64,000 nucleotides of DNA from Thermoplasmatota archaeon (GTDB taxonomy: Archaea; Thermoplasmatota; Thermoplasmata; UBA10834): NCBI GenBank assembly GCA_963818745.1, contig CAWFTI010000003.1:77212-141211 (forward strand), written 5' to 3'. The translations under genes were made by a program, and so were the position numbers. Below, piece after piece: positions 60,298 through 64,000 of the stretch; position 1 is the stretch's first letter; every line of letters begins with the position of its first letter. The notes beneath the pieces were generated by a model that ran no database searches, was not told the origin of the DNA, and was given only the letters and a program-made list of their open reading frames with translations.

Positions 60298-62052
60298 GTG
60301 GCCATCAGACAGCCGATAGTCTCAGTCATGGGTCACGTGGACCATGGCAAGTCCACGATACTCGACAAGATCAGGGGCACCAAGGTCGTCAGCCGCGAGG
60401 CGGGCGGCATCACGCAGCACATCGGCGCGACCGATGTGCCCATCGAGACCATCTACGCCATGTGCGGTCCTCTCATAGGCGACAGGAAGTTCTCCGTCCC
60501 AGGGCTGCTGTTCATAGACACTCCGGGGCACTACTCGTTCGCCTCTCTGAGGACCAGGGGAGGAGCGCTCGCGGACCTCGCGATACTCGTGATAGACATC
60601 AACGAGGGCATGAAGCCGCAGACCGTCGAGTCGATCAACATCCTGAAGAACCTCAGGACGCCGTTCGTTGTGGCGGCGAACAAGATCGACGCCATCCCCG
60701 GGTGGAGGGTGCAGGAGGGCAAGACCTTCGGCGAGGCCCTGGCGGCCCAGGACCCGAGGGTCGCAGCGGAGCTGGACGCGAAGATATACGGCCTCGCCGG
60801 ACGCCTGTTCGAGAAGGGCGACCTGAGCGCGGACAGGTTCGACAAGATCACTGATTTCACCAAGTCCGTCGCCATCATCCCGGTCAGCGGGAAGCACGGG
60901 GAGGGCCTGCCGGACCTGCTGCTCATACTCGTCGGGCTCGCCCAGAGGTTCCTGGAGCAGGAGCTGAGGAGCGAGGAGGGCCCGGGCGAGGGCACGGTCC
61001 TCGAGGTCAAGGAGGAGAAGGGCATCGGGACCGTGATAGACGTCATCGTCTACAAGGGCACGATCAGCGTGGGCGACCAGATCGTCGTGTCGTCCGTCAG
61101 GGGCGAGCCCATCCAAGCGAAGGTCAAGGGACTGCAGAGGCCCAAGCCCCTGGACGAGATACGCGACCCGAGCCAGAGGTTCGACCGCGTCAAGGAGATC
61201 TCCGCCGCGGCCGGCATACGCATAGTCGCGCAGGGCGTCGAGGGCGCGATGGCCGGCGGGACCGTCAAGGTCGTCAGCGGCAACATCGAGGAGCTGCTCG
61301 AGGAGACCAGGAAGGAGAGCCAGATAAAGGTCGAGCTCGCGGAGCAGGGGATCGTCGTCAGGGGCGATGCGATCGGCTCCCTCGAGGCGCTCGCGTTCGA
61401 GGCGAAGAACGCCAACCTGCCCATCAGGAAGATAGACATAGGGAGGGTCACGAGGAAGGACGTCGTCGAGGCGTCCCACTTCGACGACCCGCTCTACAGG
61501 GTCATATTCGCGTTCAACGTCGAGGCGAACGCCGACGCCGAGAGCGAGCTCCGGGCGACCGGCGTGACGATGTTCAAGAACGATGTCATCTACCGGCTGC
61601 TGGATGAGTACCAGCTCTGGACGGTCGAGAAGAAGCGCGAGCTCGAGGCCGAGAAGCGGCTCGAGGTCGTGTTCCCTGGCAAGATCACCATCCTCCGGGA
61701 CCATGTCTTCCGCGTGAGCAAGCCAGCGATAGTCGGCGTGAGGGTGCTCGCGGGCAGGATACGGCCCGGGCAGGGGTTGATGAAGCTGGATGGCCGGCCC
61801 ATCGGCAGGATCAAGAGCATCAGGAGCGGCGAGGAGACGCTCAAGGAGGCCGTGGCCGGGAGCGAGGTCGCCGTGTCCATAGACGACGCCACCGTCGGCC
61901 GGCAGATAGACGTCGAGGAGGTGCTGCTCGTGGACATCCCGGAGAGCCACGCGCGGGAGCTCGCGAAGTACGAGCTGAAGCATGACGAGATCGAGGCCTT
62001 CGAGCAGATCGCCGCCATCAAGCGCAAGGAGAAGCCGTTCTGGGGAAGATAG
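60298..62052 (+). CDS. infB: Translation initiation factor aIF5B (IF2 homologue)
   Basis: IRQPIVSVMGHVDHGKSTILDKIRG, DTPGH, NKID. I prefer the GTG at 60298 (a TATA-like ttaaattgatata at 60263-60275 lies just upstream). The ORF-track start at 60268 is the alternative. Confidence 0.9.
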   Translation: MAIRQPIVSVMGHVDHGKSTILDKIRGTKVVSREAGGITQHIGATDVPIETIYAMCGPLIGDRKFSVPGLLFIDTPGHYSFASLRTRGGALADLAILVIDINEGMKPQTVESINILKNLRTPFVVAANKIDAIPGWRVQEGKTFGEALAAQDPRVAAELDAKIYGLAGRLFEKGDLSADRFDKITDFTKSVAIIPVSGKHGEGLPDLLLILVGLAQRFLEQELRSEEGPGEGTVLEVKEEKGIGTVIDVIVYKGTISVGDQIVVSSVRGEPIQAKVKGLQRPKPLDEIRDPSQRFDRVKEISAAAGIRIVAQGVEGAMAGGTVKVVSGNIEELLEETRKESQIKVELAEQGIVVRGDAIGSLEALAFEAKNANLPIRKIDIGRVTRKDVVEASHFDDPLYRVIFAFNVEANADAESELRATGVTMFKNDVIYRLLDEYQLWTVEKKRELEAEKRLEVVFPGKITILRDHVFRVSKPAIVGVRVLAGRIRPGQGLMKLDGRPIGRIKSIRSGEETLKEAVAGSEVAVSIDDATVGRQIDVEEVLLVDIPESHARELAKYELKHDEIEAFEQIAAIKRKEKPFWGR

Positions 62053-62201
62053 GGGCGCCTGGGACTCGTCCGCGTGTTTTCGGAGGACCCCGTAGGGTGC
62101 CGCAGAAGCGGCGTAACGGACCTACCAGCATCCTCCGATGCCCTGCGAAACCTATATAACTCCTTTCGCATTAGGGCGTCCTGCAAACCGGAGTGGATTG
62201 T

Positions 62202-62598
62202 TTGGCAGATTTCAAAGCCGTTATCAGCGATCCAAAGGATGGCAAGTCGTATCAGACACCGGTTACGGGCCACCACGCCAACTCGTTGATCGGCAAGAAG
62301 ATAGGCGACGTAGTCGACGGCATATTCGTCGGTCTCCCCGGGTACAAGCTCGAGATAACGGGCGGGAGCGACAAGGATGGGTTCCCGATGCGCAAGGACC
62401 TCCCAGGACCGAGAAGGAAGAAGCTCCTGCTCTCCAAGAGCATAGGCTTCAACGCCCTCGAGGGCGGCCTCAGGAGGAGGAAGAACGTCAGGGGGAACAC
62501 CATCGCGCCCGACACGCTGCAGATCAACTTCAAGATCACTCAGCACGGCACGAAGCCCGTGTCCGAGACTTATAACGAAAGAGGAGAAGAAGAAGTAA
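62202..62598 (+). CDS. rps6e: Ribosomal protein S6e; as sequenced it has no in-frame stop and runs into aIF2-gamma
   Basis: (M)[17 protein letters not shown]...[14 protein letters not shown]...[10 protein letters not shown] +1 shift near 62560-62570 gives ...LITKEEKKK with a TAA at 62596-62598 that overlaps the aIF2-gamma ATG (TAATG). Confidence 0.75.
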
Positions 62599-63830
62599 TG
62601 AAGGTCCCGACCCAGCCAGAGACTAACATCGGCATGATCGGCCACGTCGACCATGGCAAGACCATGCTGACGAAGGCTCTGACGGGCGAATGGACCGACA
62701 GGCATTCCGAGGAGGTCAAGAGAGGCATCTCGATCAGGCTCGGATATGCCGATGTGGCGTTCTACAAGTGCAAGAACTGCGAGGCGCCCGAGTGCTACAC
62801 CAACCAGCCCACGTGCCCCAAGTGCGAGGGCGAGTGCGAGCTGCTCAGGTCGGTGTCGTTCGTGGACGCTCCAGGACACGAGACGCTCATGGCCACCATG
62901 CTTTCAGGCGCGGCCATCATGAACGGCGCGCTCCTGCTCGTGGCCGCGAACGAGAAGTGCCCGCAGCCCCAGACGAGGGAGCATCTGATGGCGCTCTCGA
63001 TCATAGGCGTTGACAAGATCATCGTCGTCCAGAACAAGATAGACATCGTCTCGAAGGAGGAGGCGAGGCAGAACCTGAAGGAGATCAGGGAGTTCGTCAA
63101 GGGCACCATCGCCGAGAGCGCCCCGATCATCCCGATCTCCGCTCACCACGATGTGAACATCGACATGCTGATCGAGGCGATCGAGAAGAAGATCCCGACG
63201 CCGAAGTGGGACAAGTCGAAACCCGCGAGGATGTACGTCGCGCGGTCGTTCGACGTCAACGTACCCGGGACGAAGCTGGACAAGCTCAAGGGCGGCGTCG
63301 TAGGCGGCTCGCTGCTTCAGGGCAAGCTCAGGATAGGCGACGAGATAGAGATCATACCCGGCAGGAAGGTCGAGAGCGGCCGCGGGTCCTCGTGGGAGCG
63401 GGTGACGACCAAGGTCAGGTCCCTGTACTCGGGCGGCCTGGCGCTCGAGGAGGCCGGCCCCGGAGGGCTCATCGCGATAGGCACCGGGCTCGACCCGGCG
63501 TACACCAAATCCGATTCACTCGTGGGGAGGCTCGTGGGCGTGCCCGGCACGCTCCCGCCGATCCAGACCGCCATCACCATCAGGACGGAGCTCATGAAGC
63601 GGGTCGTGGGCGTGAGCGCGGAGCTGGCAGTCGAGAGCCTCAAGACGAACGAGCCCCTGATGCTGAGCGTGGGCACCGCGACCACCGTGGGCGTCGTCTC
63701 CAGCGGACGGGCGGACAGCGCCGAGGTCGACCTCAAGATACCCGTCTGCGTCGAGAAGAATCAGAGGATCGCGATATCGAGGCGCATATCGGGCAAGTGG
63801 CGCCTGATCGGCTTCGGCATCGTGCAGTAG
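62598..63830 (+). CDS. eif2g: Translation initiation factor aIF2 gamma subunit
   Basis: [22 protein letters not shown], zinc knuckle [32 protein letters not shown]. Confidence 0.9.
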   Translation: MKVPTQPETNIGMIGHVDHGKTMLTKALTGEWTDRHSEEVKRGISIRLGYADVAFYKCKNCEAPECYTNQPTCPKCEGECELLRSVSFVDAPGHETLMATMLSGAAIMNGALLLVAANEKCPQPQTREHLMALSIIGVDKIIVVQNKIDIVSKEEARQNLKEIREFVKGTIAESAPIIPISAHHDVNIDMLIEAIEKKIPTPKWDKSKPARMYVARSFDVNVPGTKLDKLKGGVVGGSLLQGKLRIGDEIEIIPGRKVESGRGSSWERVTTKVRSLYSGGLALEEAGPGGLIAIGTGLDPAYTKSDSLVGRLVGVPGTLPPIQTAITIRTELMKRVVGVSAELAVESLKTNEPLMLSVGTATTVGVVSSGRADSAEVDLKIPVCVEKNQRIAISRRISGKWRLIGFGIVQ

Positions 63831-63841
63831 AGGGCTGCGCC

Positions 63842-64000
63842 GTGACCGTCAAGGCAATCGTTCTGGATGCAAACGCCCTCCTGATGCCGTTCCAGTTCAA
63901 TATCCATATCGACCAGGAGCTGAGGAGGCTTTTCGGGGACATCCCGGTCGTGGTCCCGAGCTCGGTCCTCGGGGAGCTCGCGAACGCTACTGGACAAGAA
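63842..64000 (+). CDS. PIN-domain protein (COG1412/Fcf1-like, conserved neighbour of aIF2-gamma), 5' part only
   Basis: My own translation from the GTG at 63842: VTVKAIVLDANALLMPFQFNIHIDQELRRLFGDIPVVVPSSVLGELANA... The frame is open to the window end, so it is absent from the ORF track. Confidence 0.6.
   Translation, partial: MTVKAIVLDANALLMPFQFNIHIDQELRRLFGDIPVVVPSSVLGELANATGQE

Noticed and set aside
7341-61983. Other very long antisense or overlapping ORFs, for example 7341..8777(+), 24212..26440(-), 23980..25449(+), 32531..33955(-), 38303..40066(+), 42879..44177(-), 49766..51235(-), 60322..61983(-), 147..1049(+).
   Set aside because: Each overlaps a gene with clear family motifs on the other strand or in another frame (glyA, smc, ugd/GT2, xpd, histidine kinase, ppsA, infB, nuoN). 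Each shows Arg/Gly/Pro/Ala-rich composition without recognisable domains.
5392-62598. Programmed +1 ribosomal frameshifting or quadruplet decoding as the cause of the frame breaks.
   Set aside because: The shift sites share no common heptamer or quadruplet. They are not at stop codons in the zero frame, have no obvious downstream structures, and mostly sit at short homopolymers. One site (nob1) and several in the degraded genes need the opposite direction. This is kept only as the unlikely alternative in the findings.
1-64000. A scan for CRISPR arrays, IS elements, rRNA genes, inteins and long direct repeats.
   Set aside because: No spaced short direct-repeat array and no transposase or integrase motifs were found. 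Large proteins (SMC, XPD, aIF5B, PpsA) have normal lengths without intein-like insertions. The only repeat-like structure is the diverged tandem paralog pair at 52.7-55.3 kb.

Overview
GC-rich archaeal chromosomal segment. The archaeal assignment rests on gene content: CDP-archaeol synthase, aIF5A, aIF5B, aIF2-gamma, L7Ae/S28e/L24e/S6e, Nop5, exosome Csl4, Nob1, an Sm-like protein and SMC-ScpAB. A Thermoplasmata/Methanomassiliicoccales-like affiliation is inference only. I support about 65 protein genes and one tRNA-Val(CAC). I saw no rRNA, CRISPR array, transposase or integrase. Functional blocks in order: (1) the nuoN 3' end plus a quinone side-chain module (UbiA/MenA-like prenyltransferase, polyprenyl synthase, UbiE-type methyltransferase, geranylgeranyl-reductase-like flavoprotein); (2) Nob1, a THUMP-less ThiI-like PP-loop enzyme, an E1-like ThiF/MoeB protein and SHMT; (3) Csl4, an RNA methylase, and a Rab-like GTPase divergent from a coiled-coil protein; (4) PHP, tRNA-Val, MtnA-like, Nop5, aIF5A and agmatinase; (5) GlmM, DUF47-PiT, a sugar nucleotidyltransferase and LSm; (6) smc-scpA-scpB; (7) a surface-glycan cluster (GT4, WbpB/WbpE/WbpD-like trio, GalU, UDP-sugar 6-dehydrogenase, two GT2); (8) a degraded C11 protease, udg, pyrE, carS and XPD; (9) small proteins, gamma-CA, a GAF-PAS histidine kinase, EamA, MarC, an M20 peptidase and a GT4; (10) ppsA and an MFS transporter; (11) two tandem, heavily frame-broken saccharopine-dehydrogenase-family paralogs plus a frame-broken RACo/RamA-like gene; (12) GNAT, then the L7Ae-S28e-L24e-ndk-aIF5B-S6e-aIF2gamma-PIN translation cluster. 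The most striking sequence-level observation is the large number of single-base frame breaks. Almost all need a +1 shift. They occur in otherwise well-conserved genes, sporadically in housekeeping genes and densely in 34.5-36.4 kb and 52.7-57.4 kb. Consensus indel error is the most parsimonious reading, but it must be checked against reads. I did not find a convincing novel multi-gene system. The best leads are a box C/D-like K-turn candidate in the L7Ae leader, the ThiI-like/E1-like pair, the Rab-like GTPase locus, and an AT-rich convergent intergenic region with palindromes.
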